64,000 nt of DNA, taken from assembly GCA_040399745.1 (NCBI GenBank), contig JBBARP010000001.1:74617-138616 (forward strand), in the 5' to 3' direction. The notes under the pieces were generated by a model. It did no database searches and was not told the origin of the DNA. It saw nothing but the letters and a program-made list of their open reading frames with translations. Of this stretch, positions 48,217-58,187 are shown piece by piece; position 1 is the first letter of the stretch; each line of letters opens with the position of its first letter. This DNA is from Bdellovibrionia bacterium. GTDB taxonomy: Bacteria > Bdellovibrionota > UBA1018. The position numbers were made by a program, and so were the translations under genes.

Positions 48217-48975
48217 TTAACGGTCTGAATCATCGGGCCATTGGCTTCGGGGCACGCCCCAGGTGCCTAAAATTTCAGCCTCGTTCGAAGCGGAAGTCGT
48301 CTTCTTGAACTTGGCCCCGGGCACCCCTTTGACCCGGCGTTCGCATTCGGCCCAAGTTTTGTGGCGCTTGGCCGTGTTGCCGACCAGGCTCAGGTAGGAA
48401 TAAGCCGCAGGCTTGGGGGCTTGTTTTGGCTTAGGTGCCGGCAGCGCTCCGCCGTTTTCTGGCAAATCATAGATGGCCACCGAGTATTGAAGAAGGGGTC
48501 CTGAATAAAGGGCGGGCCTTTTTCCCAGGGCGAATTCGACGGCCAGTTCATCGGCGCGCTCGTTTCCGGGGACGCCTGAATGCCCGCGAACGTGGTTCCA
48601 GCTAATCGGGTTTTCTTTACCCCGTTTGGCGACTTCTCTGAAAAGCTCCTGCCAAAGGTCAGCGTTTTGAACGTCAGCGCCTTCTGCGGTTTTCCAGCCC
48701 CGGTTGCGCCATGCCCAGATCCACTGGGTGATTCCTTTGATGACGTAAACTGAATCGGTCCAAAGTGAGACAGGACCCGGTTCCTCGCGAACCAGGCGCA
48801 GGGCCTGAATCGTGGCCTGAAGCTCCATTTGGTTGTTGGTGGCGGGGACCTGTCGGCCCCCGATCTCGCGCACACGCCCGTCCAGCATGACGACAATGGC
48901 CCCCCAGCCGGCAGGGCCCGGGTTCCCGCGGCTGGCGCCGTCGGCGAAGATCAAAATGGATTGAAGCTCCGACAT
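48217..48975 (-). CDS. rnhA: ribonuclease HI with C-terminal viroplasmin-like (hybrid-binding) domain
   Basis: ADGASRGNPGPAG, TNNQMEL, TDS.YV, N.DLW, HVRGH...NERAD; C-terminal TWAEC...VKG..GAKFKK. Confidence 0.92.
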   Translation of the reverse strand: MSELQSILIFADGASRGNPGPAGWGAIVVMLDGRVREIGGRQVPATNNQMELQATIQALRLVREEPGPVSLWTDSVYVIKGITQWIWAWRNRGWKTAEGADVQNADLWQELFREVAKRGKENPISWNHVRGHSGVPGNERADELAVEFALGKRPALYSGPLLQYSVAIYDLPENGGALPAPKPKQAPKPAAYSYLSLVGNTAKRHKTWAECERRVKGVPGAKFKKTTSASNEAEILGTWGVPRSQWPDDSDR

Positions 48976-49021
48976 GATTGGGCTGTAGTCATGGCACCAA
49001 ATCCCAGTCCTCGCAATTTTT

Positions 49022-49048
49022 TGACTTTTCCATGACACAGCCGTGACA
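49022..49048 (+). promoter_or_regulatory. HemR-type OmpR/PhoB binding site upstream of hemA
   Basis: TGACT(49022)-N6-TGACA(49033)-N6-TGACA(49044); matches the TGACA-N6-TGACA box of Leptospira HemR. Confidence 0.75.
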
Positions 49049-49082
49049 GTCACAAGGGGCTCTCGGGGTAGTGTAAAGGGAT

Positions 49083-50111
49083 ATGTTTTTAGGCTCCCTG
49101 CGCGTGATGCATGTTTCTAAGCGCGCCCTGGCCGATGCAGATTTACCTGCGGTCTTGGGTCTGGTGGACGCCCTTTTTCCAGAAGCATTCCGATTGGACA
49201 CTTGCCAGCGCCGCATCTGGATTTACCCGTCCTTTGCGGCGTCTTTGACGACAGCGCCTCGCGAAGTACCGGGAACGGAGCTTTTTTCAGGGGCGGAAGC
49301 CTATTCCTTTTTGCTTCGGGTCGCGACGGGACTGGAAAGCGAAGTGAAGGGCGAGACCGATATTTTTGGGCAACTCAAAGAGGCTTGGGCGCAGTTTGAA
49401 CTTCAAGGTTCTGGACTGTTGGTCGCGCTGAGCCCTTGGATGCGAAAAGTGTTTGAAGACACAAAGGAGATTCGCTCGCTCCACCTTCAGAACGTGGGGA
49501 CCGCAAGTTACGGAAGCCTGGTCAGGCGCGTCCTGCGCTCGTTTTCCGAATCCCCGCAAGGACCGATCCTGCTGGTCGGGGCGGGCCAGATTGCTCAGTC
49601 GATTGCGCCCTGGCTTTTGGATCAGGAACTTTGGATTTTGAATCGAACCCGCGATTCGGCCGACCGCTTGAAGTTTGAGCTTTTGGCAAAAGAACCCAAG
49701 GCCCGGATTCACGTGCTGGAAGCCGGTAGCGAGGCCCAGCTCGCTGCCTTTCAAAACGCGGCTCATGCGGTGATATGTGTCCCGGTCGATTCAGAGCGGG
49801 ACGAAGCCCGGATTGAGGCTTGGGATCAGGCCGACCGCGCAAGTGCAGTGCCCCGAGCGGTCGTTCACTTAGGCGGAATGCGGGCGGCTTGCCCGGGCTG
49901 GACGCGGCTTTCGCGCTTTGTATGCTTGGATGAGCTTTTCGCTCTTCAAAAATCTCAAAACGACATCCGGACCGAGCAGGTGGACCGCGCCCTTCGGGCT
50001 TGTTCTGAGCGGGCTCGTCTTCGGGGTTTGGCCGGCTCTTCGGCCGGTTCGGCCACTTTGCCGCACGGTTGGGAAGACTTGGCCGTTTTCGCGGACGCTT
50101 CCGCAGGGTAA
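49083..50111 (+). CDS. hemA: glutamyl-tRNA reductase (short, divergent form)
   Basis: TCQR catalytic Cys, GLES.V.GETDIFGQ, GAGQIA, NRT. Confidence 0.85.
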   Translation: MFLGSLRVMHVSKRALADADLPAVLGLVDALFPEAFRLDTCQRRIWIYPSFAASLTTAPREVPGTELFSGAEAYSFLLRVATGLESEVKGETDIFGQLKEAWAQFELQGSGLLVALSPWMRKVFEDTKEIRSLHLQNVGTASYGSLVRRVLRSFSESPQGPILLVGAGQIAQSIAPWLLDQELWILNRTRDSADRLKFELLAKEPKARIHVLEAGSEAQLAAFQNAAHAVICVPVDSERDEARIEAWDQADRASAVPRAVVHLGGMRAACPGWTRLSRFVCLDELFALQKSQNDIRTEQVDRALRACSERARLRGLAGSSAGSATLPHGWEDLAVFADASAG

Positions 50112-50120
50112 GACCACCAC

Positions 50121-51719
50121 ATGTCCAAGCGCACTGTTCTGAAGTTGGGAACCCGCCGCTCGCTTTTGGCCTGGGCACAGTCAGGACAAGTGGCAGCAGC
50201 GATTGAGAAAGCCAACCCTGGGCTCAAAGTCGAGCGCGTGGGGATTGATACCCGCGGCGATAAGATCCTGGATATTCCGCTTCAGAAGGTCGAAGGCAAA
50301 GAGTTCTTCGTCGCTGAAATCGACGATGCTTTGCGTTCCGGCGCGGTCGACTTGACCGTTCATAGTTTGAAAGACCTGAGCTTAGAGCGCCCAACGGAGT
50401 TTGTTTTGGCGGCGATGCCAGAACGCGCGAACTCGCGCGATGTGGCCATTTTTGCCCCGAACGTCTTGGAAAAGCTCAAGCGGGGCGAACGGCTCAAGAT
50501 CGGAACTTCTTCTCCGAGACGACTCGAAAATCTTCCCTCGTTCCTCTCGAAAGCATTGCCGCGCTTCGGAAGCGGTAATTTACCGAAGCTTCAATTCGTT
50601 GAGATTCGCGGCAATGTGAACACTCGCTTGGGGCGCCTTCACGAAGCTGACACCAGTGATCGGCACTTGGATGGTGTGATCTTGGCGTTTGCGGGGCTGA
50701 TCCGTCTTTGGGCGGACGAGGCAGCGCGCGCCGAGATGACGAAGCTTTTTCAAGGCGTTCGCTGGATGGTTTTGCCCTTGCGGGAAAACCCATCGGCGCC
50801 GGGGCAAGGCGCATTGGCGGTTGAGTGCCGAGCAGACGATGAGTTGGTTCGCGAGGCCCTAGCCAAGCTCGATCACCCTGCCACTCGATCGGCTGTGGCT
50901 ACCGAGCGGGGCCTCCTGGCTGCTTGGGGTGGGGGATGCCATCAGCGGTTTGGCGCATCGAGCGTGGAAGCATCGGGCTTAGGTGCGCTTCTTTACATTC
51001 GGGGCGTGCGGCCTGACGGCGTGGCAGTCGATGAACTTCAGTGGAAAGCTCCGGCCGCCCCGGGGCGCGCTCTGCGCGCTTGGGACGGCTCGCTTTCGCG
51101 CGCGGGTGCTGCGGCGGCGGCGGTTGGCGCGGGCGGCGCGCAGGCCGGCGATAGCCCGAGTGTGGCGGCTTCGGCGCCGGCTCTGAGCTTGGCTTCCGGC
51201 GCGCCGGTGTTCGTCGCGCATTGGCGCGCTCTTTCGCCCGCGTGGGAGGCGCCACTTGCCGGGGCGCGCGTGTGGTGCTCGGGAACGGCCAGCTGGTACC
51301 GCTTGGCTGAACGCGGCGTTTGGGTGGAAGGCTGCGCAGAAGGTTTGGGCTTTGATGAAGCACTCCCCCAGCTGGCCGAGCCCGTGCTGGAGCTTCCCGG
51401 GCTCGAGCGCTGGACGGTGCTGACCCATCAGGAGGCGCTCGGCGAATGGCAGGGCCGAGTCGCGCAGGCGGTAGGAACTTACAGCGCGCCCGGGGAAGCA
51501 GCCGAGTACGCGCCCCAGGCCGTAGCCGAGCTGGAGAGCGCCGAGGCGGCGTGGTGGAGCAGCGGCTCGCAATTCACAGCGCTCGCCGCGAAGGCGCGGT
51601 CAGTGCGGGAGCATGCGTGCGGCCCAGGGCGCACCGCGCGGGTGCTGCGCGCCGCCGGCGTGGAACCTCGGATTTTTCCCAGTGTTGAGGAGTGGAGACA
51701 ATGGCTCAAGACCGTTTGA
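50121..51719 (+). CDS. hemC: hydroxymethylbilane synthase with C-terminal HemD-like extension (HemCD-type)
   Basis: GTRRSLLAWAQ, TRGD, VHSLKD, GTSSPRR, IRGNVNTR, GGGCH; about 200 extra C-terminal residues ending SGSQF...CGPGRTA. Confidence 0.9.
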   Translation: MSKRTVLKLGTRRSLLAWAQSGQVAAAIEKANPGLKVERVGIDTRGDKILDIPLQKVEGKEFFVAEIDDALRSGAVDLTVHSLKDLSLERPTEFVLAAMPERANSRDVAIFAPNVLEKLKRGERLKIGTSSPRRLENLPSFLSKALPRFGSGNLPKLQFVEIRGNVNTRLGRLHEADTSDRHLDGVILAFAGLIRLWADEAARAEMTKLFQGVRWMVLPLRENPSAPGQGALAVECRADDELVREALAKLDHPATRSAVATERGLLAAWGGGCHQRFGASSVEASGLGALLYIRGVRPDGVAVDELQWKAPAAPGRALRAWDGSLSRAGAAAAAVGAGGAQAGDSPSVAASAPALSLASGAPVFVAHWRALSPAWEAPLAGARVWCSGTASWYRLAERGVWVEGCAEGLGFDEALPQLAEPVLELPGLERWTVLTHQEALGEWQGRVAQAVGTYSAPGEAAEYAPQAVAELESAEAAWWSSGSQFTALAAKARSVREHACGPGRTARVLRAAGVEPRIFPSVEEWRQWLKTV

Positions 51720-52735
51720 AGTCTTCGGACGAAGTTTTCGGAAGCTGGAAGGGACGGGCGCTTCGTCGCTTGCGCCAGGACCGTTGGACGCGGGAACTCG
51801 TCCGCGAGCACCGAGTGGGGGTGGAGCAATTCATTCAACCGCTTTTTGCCGTGGAAGGTTTGAAGGAACGGGAAGTGATTCCCGGTTTGACCGGAACTTG
51901 GCGCGATACGCCCGAGAGTCTTTTCTCGCAGATCGATTCTGATCTCCAAAAAGGCGTCAGAAAATTTCTTCTCTTCGGTGTGCCGGGCTCAAAAGCCCTG
52001 AAGGATTTTGATCACGATTTCACCTCGCAAGTGATTTCAGGAATCAAACAACGCTTCGGTCGCGACCTTTGGCTATCTGTCGATGTGTGCTTGTGTTCTT
52101 CCACGACTCACGGTCAGTGCGGGGTCTTGAATCCCGAAGGCGATCACGTAGAGAACTCAGCAACCGTGGCAGAGCTGGCCCGCGCGGCAGCTCTGTACGC
52201 AGAAGCAGGCGCAGACTGCGTGGCGCCTTCTGACATGATGGATGGCCGTGTGGCTGCCATTCGTGCAGCACTAAACAAAGCCGGCCGAGAGCAGACTCTT
52301 TTGATGAGTTACTCCGCGAAGTTTCACTCGCGCTTTTACGGACCTTTCCGCGTGGCCGCGGATTCGGCTCCGAAAGGGCAGATTTCGAAACTGAAAGATC
52401 GAGCCACTTATCAAATCGATCCGAGTCGTCCGAAAGACGCTTATTTGGCGTCGCTTCGAGATGCCGAAGAAGGCGCCGACATTCTGATGGTGAAGCCCGG
52501 AATGCCTTACTTGGATGTGCTCGCTGAACTCAGTCAGGCCATTCCGCTTCCTTGGGCTGTTTACGAAGTGAGCGGTGAATACGCTGCGATTGAGCTCATG
52601 GCTGAAAAGGGCCTTGTGGCGCGCGAAGCGGCGCACGTGGAAGCTTGGACTGGCTTCGTGCGCGCCGGAGCATCGATGATCATTTCTTACGGATCGCGCT
52701 ACTCGCGGGATTGGATCGAAAAGGTGACCTCATGA
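51701..52735 (+). CDS. hemB: delta-aminolevulinate dehydratase (Zn type)
   Basis: DVCLC....GQCG, APSDMMDG, YGPFR.A, MVKPG. Confidence 0.95.
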   Translation: MAQDRLKSSDEVFGSWKGRALRRLRQDRWTRELVREHRVGVEQFIQPLFAVEGLKEREVIPGLTGTWRDTPESLFSQIDSDLQKGVRKFLLFGVPGSKALKDFDHDFTSQVISGIKQRFGRDLWLSVDVCLCSSTTHGQCGVLNPEGDHVENSATVAELARAAALYAEAGADCVAPSDMMDGRVAAIRAALNKAGREQTLLMSYSAKFHSRFYGPFRVAADSAPKGQISKLKDRATYQIDPSRPKDAYLASLRDAEEGADILMVKPGMPYLDVLAELSQAIPLPWAVYEVSGEYAAIELMAEKGLVAREAAHVEAWTGFVRAGASMIISYGSRYSRDWIEKVTS

Positions 52736-54030
52736 AAACTGAAAAATCAGAAGCGCTCTTTGCCCGTGCTAAAAAAGTTGCTCCCGGAGGAGTCCATTCC
52801 CCGGTGCGCGGATTTCGAGGTGTGGGCGGTACCCCACGCTTCATCGAGAGTGCGCAGGGTTCTGAGCTTTTGGATGTCGACGGCAATCGCTACATCGATT
52901 TCTGCATGTCCTGGGGTCCCCTAATCTTTGGCCACCAAGATGGCGACGTGGCCGAAGCAGTGAAATCGGCCATGACGCGCGGCTGGACCTACGGAGCTGC
53001 CGAGCCTTACTCGCTTGAGTTGGCCGAACTCATGACGTCCCACATCCCTTGGGTCGAGAAAGTTCGATTCGTGAACTCGGGCACGGAAGCCGTCATGTCG
53101 GCTCTCCGTGTGGCGCGAGCCGCAACGGGGCGCCACAAAGTGGTGAAGTTTGATGGCTGTTATCACGGCCACTTGGATTCGCTTTTGGTTCGCGCAGGTT
53201 CGGGCCTAGCCGAAATGGCTTCGCCCGACAGTGCAGGGGTTCCTCCGCACGTGGCTGCCGACACGTTGGTGGTGCCGCTCAACGATCTCGATGCTTTCCG
53301 AAAGGTGATGGACGAGCACGGGCACGAAGTCTGTGTCGTTGCGATCGAGCCGCTGCCTGCGAACAACGGACTGCTCATGCAAACGGGTGAGTTCCTCTGT
53401 GAAATGGCATCGATCACCCGCAAGCACGGCGCACTTCTTCTTTTTGATGAAGTGATCTCGGGCTTCCGTGTGGCTTTTGGCGGGATGGCAGAACTCACCC
53501 AGATCAAGCCGGACCTGGTCTGCTACGGCAAGATCATCGGGGGCGGCTTCCCGGTTGGGGCTTACGGCGGACGCGCCGATTTGATGGATCTCGTGGCTCC
53601 TGCTGGCCCGGTTTATCAGGCAGGGACTTTGTCTGGAAACCCGGTGGCGATGACTGCTGGGATTGCCACTTTAAAGAAGCTTCTTCGAGAAAACCCTTAC
53701 GCTCGCTTGGAAGAGAAGACGCGAGTGTTTGCTGAGCGCGTCCAGAAGGCCGCTCAGAAGTCAGCGCCTTTCCCGGTCCAGGTTCAGCGCTTTTCCTCGC
53801 TGATGTGGACGGTGATGGGTGCTCCTCAATCTCGCGATGGACTGGCTCGCTCACTGCCTGAAATTCCGGAAGAGCAAAAAGCCCGTTTCGCGAAGCTCTT
53901 TCACGCGCTTCTGGCCCAGGGAGTTTATCTCGCTCCGAGCGGCTTCGAAGTTTCTTTCCTATCCACCGTTCACACGGATGAGCAACTGGACCGTGTGATC
54001 GCAGCGATCGAGGGGGCTCGCTACGAATGA
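52732..54030 (+). CDS. hemL: glutamate-1-semialdehyde 2,1-aminomutase
   Basis: PGGVHSPVR, NSGTEA, FDGCYHG, DEVISGFR, GKIIGGG, AGTLSGNP. Confidence 0.96.
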   Translation: MKTEKSEALFARAKKVAPGGVHSPVRGFRGVGGTPRFIESAQGSELLDVDGNRYIDFCMSWGPLIFGHQDGDVAEAVKSAMTRGWTYGAAEPYSLELAELMTSHIPWVEKVRFVNSGTEAVMSALRVARAATGRHKVVKFDGCYHGHLDSLLVRAGSGLAEMASPDSAGVPPHVAADTLVVPLNDLDAFRKVMDEHGHEVCVVAIEPLPANNGLLMQTGEFLCEMASITRKHGALLLFDEVISGFRVAFGGMAELTQIKPDLVCYGKIIGGGFPVGAYGGRADLMDLVAPAGPVYQAGTLSGNPVAMTAGIATLKKLLRENPYARLEEKTRVFAERVQKAAQKSAPFPVQVQRFSSLMWTVMGAPQSRDGLARSLPEIPEEQKARFAKLFHALLAQGVYLAPSGFEVSFLSTVHTDEQLDRVIAAIEGARYE

Positions 54031-55025
54031 GTTCGGCCGGCGCACTTTCACGTCTACCGGGCATCCGCGTAAGAAGGTTAGTGTTCCTTCAAGCGCTGTG
54101 GCTTGCATCGCTCATCGCTTTGATGGGTTGGTGGGGGACGCTCGCGCTTCGGCAGGCCGATCGCATTCGTGAGTTGGAAGCTCGGGTCGAGCAAGTGGAA
54201 GTGACCTCGACGCCCACGGCTCCCACGCAATTTGCTCGGACTCAGCGCATGCTGATTTGGGAGGGTGGTTTTTTTCTTGGGCTATTGCTTTTGGCTTCAG
54301 GAAGTCTTTGGGCATTAGCGCGCCGGGATCGAAATCGACAGAAGGGCCTCCAGGCCTTCTTTGCTTCGGTGACCCACGAACTTCGCACTCCGCTGACCAG
54401 CATTCGGCTTCAGGCGGAATCTTTGGCTGAACTGATGGAGCCCAGGCAGCACGAAGATGAATTAAATTTGGTGAAACGCCTCTTAGAGGACGTTCAGCGT
54501 TTGGAAGCCCAGGTCGAGCGCACATTGGAGCTTTCACGTTTAGAGGGCGGCGGTGGACTGCAGGTCAAACCCATCGGTCCCGCGATGTGGATTTCACGGA
54601 ACTTGGGACACTGGAGTCGCCCGTACGGAGACCGCCTTCAAGCATCGGCTTGGATTCCCGATGACCTTCGAATTTTTGCGGACCCGATCGCTTTGCAGGT
54701 GATCTTTCGGAACTTGATGGAGAACGCATCTCGACACTCCGGAAAAGAGCCCGTGAAAGTTCAAATCACCGTAAAAGTCCTTCCCAAGAACAAAGCGCAA
54801 ATCTTGTTCTATGACGACGGGCCGGGTGGAGCGGGCGGAAATGCCGTCGGACAGCCTTTCGTTAAGGGAGCGCAGTCTCAAGGAGCCGGAATCGGCCTTT
54901 ATCTGGTGCGCGCTTTGATGGAGCGCATGGGTGGCCGGGTCGAATTCAAAGGCGGCCCAGGATTTCCGGTCGAGCTGGAATTTCAGCAGGCTCCCCAGGA
55001 AAAGCGCGGAGAGCTCCATGGCTGA
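54027..55025 (+). CDS. sensor histidine kinase (HemK-like, of the Leptospira HemKR type)
   Basis: Two TM helices with a short loop, THELRTPL H-box, NLMENA, DDGPG, GAGIGL. Confidence 0.9.
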   Translation: MSSAGALSRLPGIRVRRLVFLQALWLASLIALMGWWGTLALRQADRIRELEARVEQVEVTSTPTAPTQFARTQRMLIWEGGFFLGLLLLASGSLWALARRDRNRQKGLQAFFASVTHELRTPLTSIRLQAESLAELMEPRQHEDELNLVKRLLEDVQRLEAQVERTLELSRLEGGGGLQVKPIGPAMWISRNLGHWSRPYGDRLQASAWIPDDLRIFADPIALQVIFRNLMENASRHSGKEPVKVQITVKVLPKNKAQILFYDDGPGGAGGNAVGQPFVKGAQSQGAGIGLYLVRALMERMGGRVEFKGGPGFPVELEFQQAPQEKRGELHG

Positions 55026-55746
55026 GAGAATTCTCCTCGTCGAGGACGAAAGAAACGTGGGGAGTACGCTTCAGGAGCGCTTGAGCCGAGAAGGTTATCA
55101 GGTGGTTTGGGCGAAGACTTGCGAAGAAGCCCGGATGCAATTGAATGCCGAGCGCTTTCAGATGGTGGTCTTAGACGTAGGCCTTCCGGATGGAAGTGGT
55201 TTTGAAGTGGCGCGTGAGCTTCGTCAGAAAGACCGCGCGACAGCGCTTCTTTTTTTGACGGCTTACGGAACCCCGGAAGACCGCGTCCATGGCCTGGAGC
55301 TGGGCGCTGAAGATTATGTGGTGAAGCCTTTTCACCTCAAAGAGCTGGTTCTACGGATTCAAAACGGCTTGAAGCGAAGTCGCTTAGCGGCCTCTGACAT
55401 TCCTGCAGTGGGTGTAACTGTGGGGCAGGCCGTGTTTTACTTTGCAGGCTTTGAGGTGGAAGTCGCAGGAGGCCGGCAGAAGCTTGGGACGAAAGAGTGC
55501 CGCTTGATGCGCCTTCTGGTCGAGCGCTGGGGCAAAGTCGTGAGTCGCGATGAGATCTTGAATCAGGTCTGGTCCGAGAACGAGTACCCGACGGCTCGGA
55601 CGGTCGATAATTTTATTTTGAAACTCAGGCGCTGGGTCGAGCTGGATCCCGAGAATCCAAAGCTGATTCGAAGCGTTCGAGGCATTGGTTACCAGTTGGT
55701 TTCAGCTGAAGAAGCGAAGTCGGGCGAGAAAGAGAGTAGTTCATGA
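55018..55746 (+). CDS. OmpR/PhoB family response regulator (HemR-like)
   Basis: VEDE, LDVGLPD, KPF, RTVDNFI..LR, SVRGIGY. Confidence 0.92.
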   Translation: MAERILLVEDERNVGSTLQERLSREGYQVVWAKTCEEARMQLNAERFQMVVLDVGLPDGSGFEVARELRQKDRATALLFLTAYGTPEDRVHGLELGAEDYVVKPFHLKELVLRIQNGLKRSRLAASDIPAVGVTVGQAVFYFAGFEVEVAGGRQKLGTKECRLMRLLVERWGKVVSRDEILNQVWSENEYPTARTVDNFILKLRRWVELDPENPKLIRSVRGIGYQLVSAEEAKSGEKESSS

Positions 55747-56795
55747 GAAATCGGTTTCAGACGACTTTGCGACTGGAGAATCAAGGACGCCCACCGGTCT
55801 GGTTCATGCGCCAGGCAGGCCGCTACCACTCGCACTATCAGGGCATGAAAAAGCGCTACTCCTTCATCGATCTTTGCAAAGTGCCGGAAGCGGCCTGCGA
55901 GACGACGATGGGGCCTATCGATGACTTCGATTTTGATGCCGCTATTTTATTCTCAGACCTTCTTTTCCCGCTCGAAGCTTTGGGGATGGGCCTTCGGTAT
56001 GTTCCTGGTCCCAAGCTCGATTTTCACGTGCGGACAAAATCTGATTTGTCGCGTTTGAGCAGCGAGGGTGTCGGGCTTTTGCCGAAACTCGAATTTCAGG
56101 CGCAGGCGCTTCAGAAAATTCGGCGAGCCTTGCCTGAAGACAAGGGGCTTCTGGGTTTCGTCGGGGGCCCTCTCACTTTGTTTTATTACGCGGCTGTCGG
56201 GAGTCATCAGGGCGGGAATTTGGCAGAAGCCCGCAAGGGCCTGGATGACGGACGCTGGGAAGGCTTCTGTGATCGCCTGCTCGATCTTCTGGCTCATAAT
56301 ATGGCCCTGCAAGCGCGGAACGGGGTCGACACGATTGCTGTAATGGACACTTGCGCGGGCGATGTGGAACCCGATGCTTATGCGCATCACGTAGTTCCCG
56401 TTCTTCAGGACCTTTTTGCTCGTTACCGAGCCCTTTGTCCGGATGTGCCGATCACTTACTACTCCAAAGGAACGGACTCACGTTGGTGGGACTCTTTGAA
56501 AGATCTTCCCATCGCCGCCATCGGCGTGGACTGGAATACCGACATCGTGCAGGTGCTGAAACGCTACGGCGGGCGTTGGGCGATTCAGGGCAACTTTGAT
56601 CCGAGTGACTTGTTCCTGCCGCTAGAGAAACTAGAACCCAAGCTCAGGCATTGGATGGAGCGAGTGAAGCGCGAAGTGCCACTCAGTCTTCGTCAGGGCT
56701 GGGTTTGCGGCTTAGGCCACGGTGTGCTTCAGCATACGCCTGAGGCCAGTGTTCGGCTGTTTTTGCGTCTTCAGAAGGAGATTTTCGGGGAATGA
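55743..56795 (+). CDS. hemE: uroporphyrinogen decarboxylase
   Basis: PVWFMRQAGRY, DAAILFSDL, QGNFDP, LGHGV. Confidence 0.95.
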   Translation: MRNRFQTTLRLENQGRPPVWFMRQAGRYHSHYQGMKKRYSFIDLCKVPEAACETTMGPIDDFDFDAAILFSDLLFPLEALGMGLRYVPGPKLDFHVRTKSDLSRLSSEGVGLLPKLEFQAQALQKIRRALPEDKGLLGFVGGPLTLFYYAAVGSHQGGNLAEARKGLDDGRWEGFCDRLLDLLAHNMALQARNGVDTIAVMDTCAGDVEPDAYAHHVVPVLQDLFARYRALCPDVPITYYSKGTDSRWWDSLKDLPIAAIGVDWNTDIVQVLKRYGGRWAIQGNFDPSDLFLPLEKLEPKLRHWMERVKREVPLSLRQGWVCGLGHGVLQHTPEASVRLFLRLQKEIFGE

Positions 56796-58171
56796 AAAAT
56801 CACAGCGAACTTCTGAAGAAGTACAACGTTCCGGGTCCCCGCTACACCAGTTACCCCACAGTCCCCTACTGGGAGCGTAACCCCTCTGCTGAAGAGTGGA
56901 TCTCAAGCATTGACCAAGCGCTTACCGACGGGGAAGCCCGAGGAATCGGGGCAGCGCTCTATATTCACATCCCCTTTTGCGAAAGCCTTTGCACTTATTG
57001 CGGCTGCAATACGCGCATCACTCGCAATCACTCGGTCGGACGCCCGTATGTGAAGACCGTCCTTCAGGAGTGGAAGCTTTACTTAGAGCGCTTGGGGCGA
57101 GATCGCTTGGACGGGGTCCCCGTCACCGAGATTCACTTGGGCGGTGGAACGCCGACTTTCCTCACGCCAGACGAACTTCGCGAGCTCATGGAAGGTATTT
57201 TGGAGAAGTGCCGAATTCTTCCAGGCGCTGAGTTTTCCATGGAAGCCGATCCTCGGGTGACCCGCCGTGACCACCTGGAGGTTTTGGCCAGTTTAGGTTT
57301 TCGGCGCTTAAGCCTAGGGATTCAAGATTTTGATCCTCGGGTTCAGGACGTCGTTCACCGGATTCAGAGTGAAGATCAAGTGCGCGAAGTGACCGAAATG
57401 GCGCGCGAACTGGGCTACACTTCCATCAATTACGATCTCATTTACGGATTACCCTTTCAGACTCTGGACAGCATTCGTGAAACCATCGATGCCGTCCGGC
57501 GCCTCAGGCCCGACCGGATTGCTTTCTACGCTTACGCCCACGTGCCTTGGATTAAGCCCTCGCAGCGTCGCTTCACCGAGGCTGACCTTCCGGCAGGCGA
57601 TGAAAAGCGGGCGCTCTACGAACTAGGCCGCACCATGTTGGAAGATTCCGGCTACCGAGAAGTCGGAATGGACCATTTCTCGCTTGAGTCGGACTCGCTT
57701 TGGAAAGCGGCCAAAGAAGGCAGCCTTCACCGCAATTTCATGGGCTATACGGCCCGCCAAGTGGCGCCTTTGATTGGACTGGGCGTCTCAGCCATTGGGG
57801 ATTCGTGGACGATTTTCTCTCAGAACGAAAAGCTTCTGGAAACCTACCAAGCGCGTGTTGAGAAGGGTGAACTTCCGCTTCTTCGTGGCCACGTGCTGAA
57901 TCAGGAAGATCTGGTCATTCGTCAACACGTACTGAACTTGATGTGCCGAATGGGAACCGCTTGGGGCGATCAACCGGCTTACACCGAGTACTTAGAAAGC
58001 GTTGCACCTCGCTTAGAGGAATTGGTCCGCGACGGCTTAGTTGAAGCCGATCGTTTCCGAGTGACGGTGAAGGAAGAGGGCCGAGCTTATTTGCGGAATA
58101 TCTGCATGGCTTTTGATGCCCGTCTGACCCGTCAGGCGCCGCAAACTCAGCTTTTCTCGAAGACCATTTAA
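56792..58171 (+). CDS. hemN: oxygen-independent coproporphyrinogen III oxidase (radical SAM)
   Basis: GPRYTSYPT, HIPFCESLCTYCGC, GGGTP, RNFMGY. Confidence 0.96.
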   Translation: MKNHSELLKKYNVPGPRYTSYPTVPYWERNPSAEEWISSIDQALTDGEARGIGAALYIHIPFCESLCTYCGCNTRITRNHSVGRPYVKTVLQEWKLYLERLGRDRLDGVPVTEIHLGGGTPTFLTPDELRELMEGILEKCRILPGAEFSMEADPRVTRRDHLEVLASLGFRRLSLGIQDFDPRVQDVVHRIQSEDQVREVTEMARELGYTSINYDLIYGLPFQTLDSIRETIDAVRRLRPDRIAFYAYAHVPWIKPSQRRFTEADLPAGDEKRALYELGRTMLEDSGYREVGMDHFSLESDSLWKAAKEGSLHRNFMGYTARQVAPLIGLGVSAIGDSWTIFSQNEKLLETYQARVEKGELPLLRGHVLNQEDLVIRQHVLNLMCRMGTAWGDQPAYTEYLESVAPRLEELVRDGLVEADRFRVTVKEEGRAYLRNICMAFDARLTRQAPQTQLFSKTI

Positions 58172-58187
58172 GAAACGAGAAGAACTG

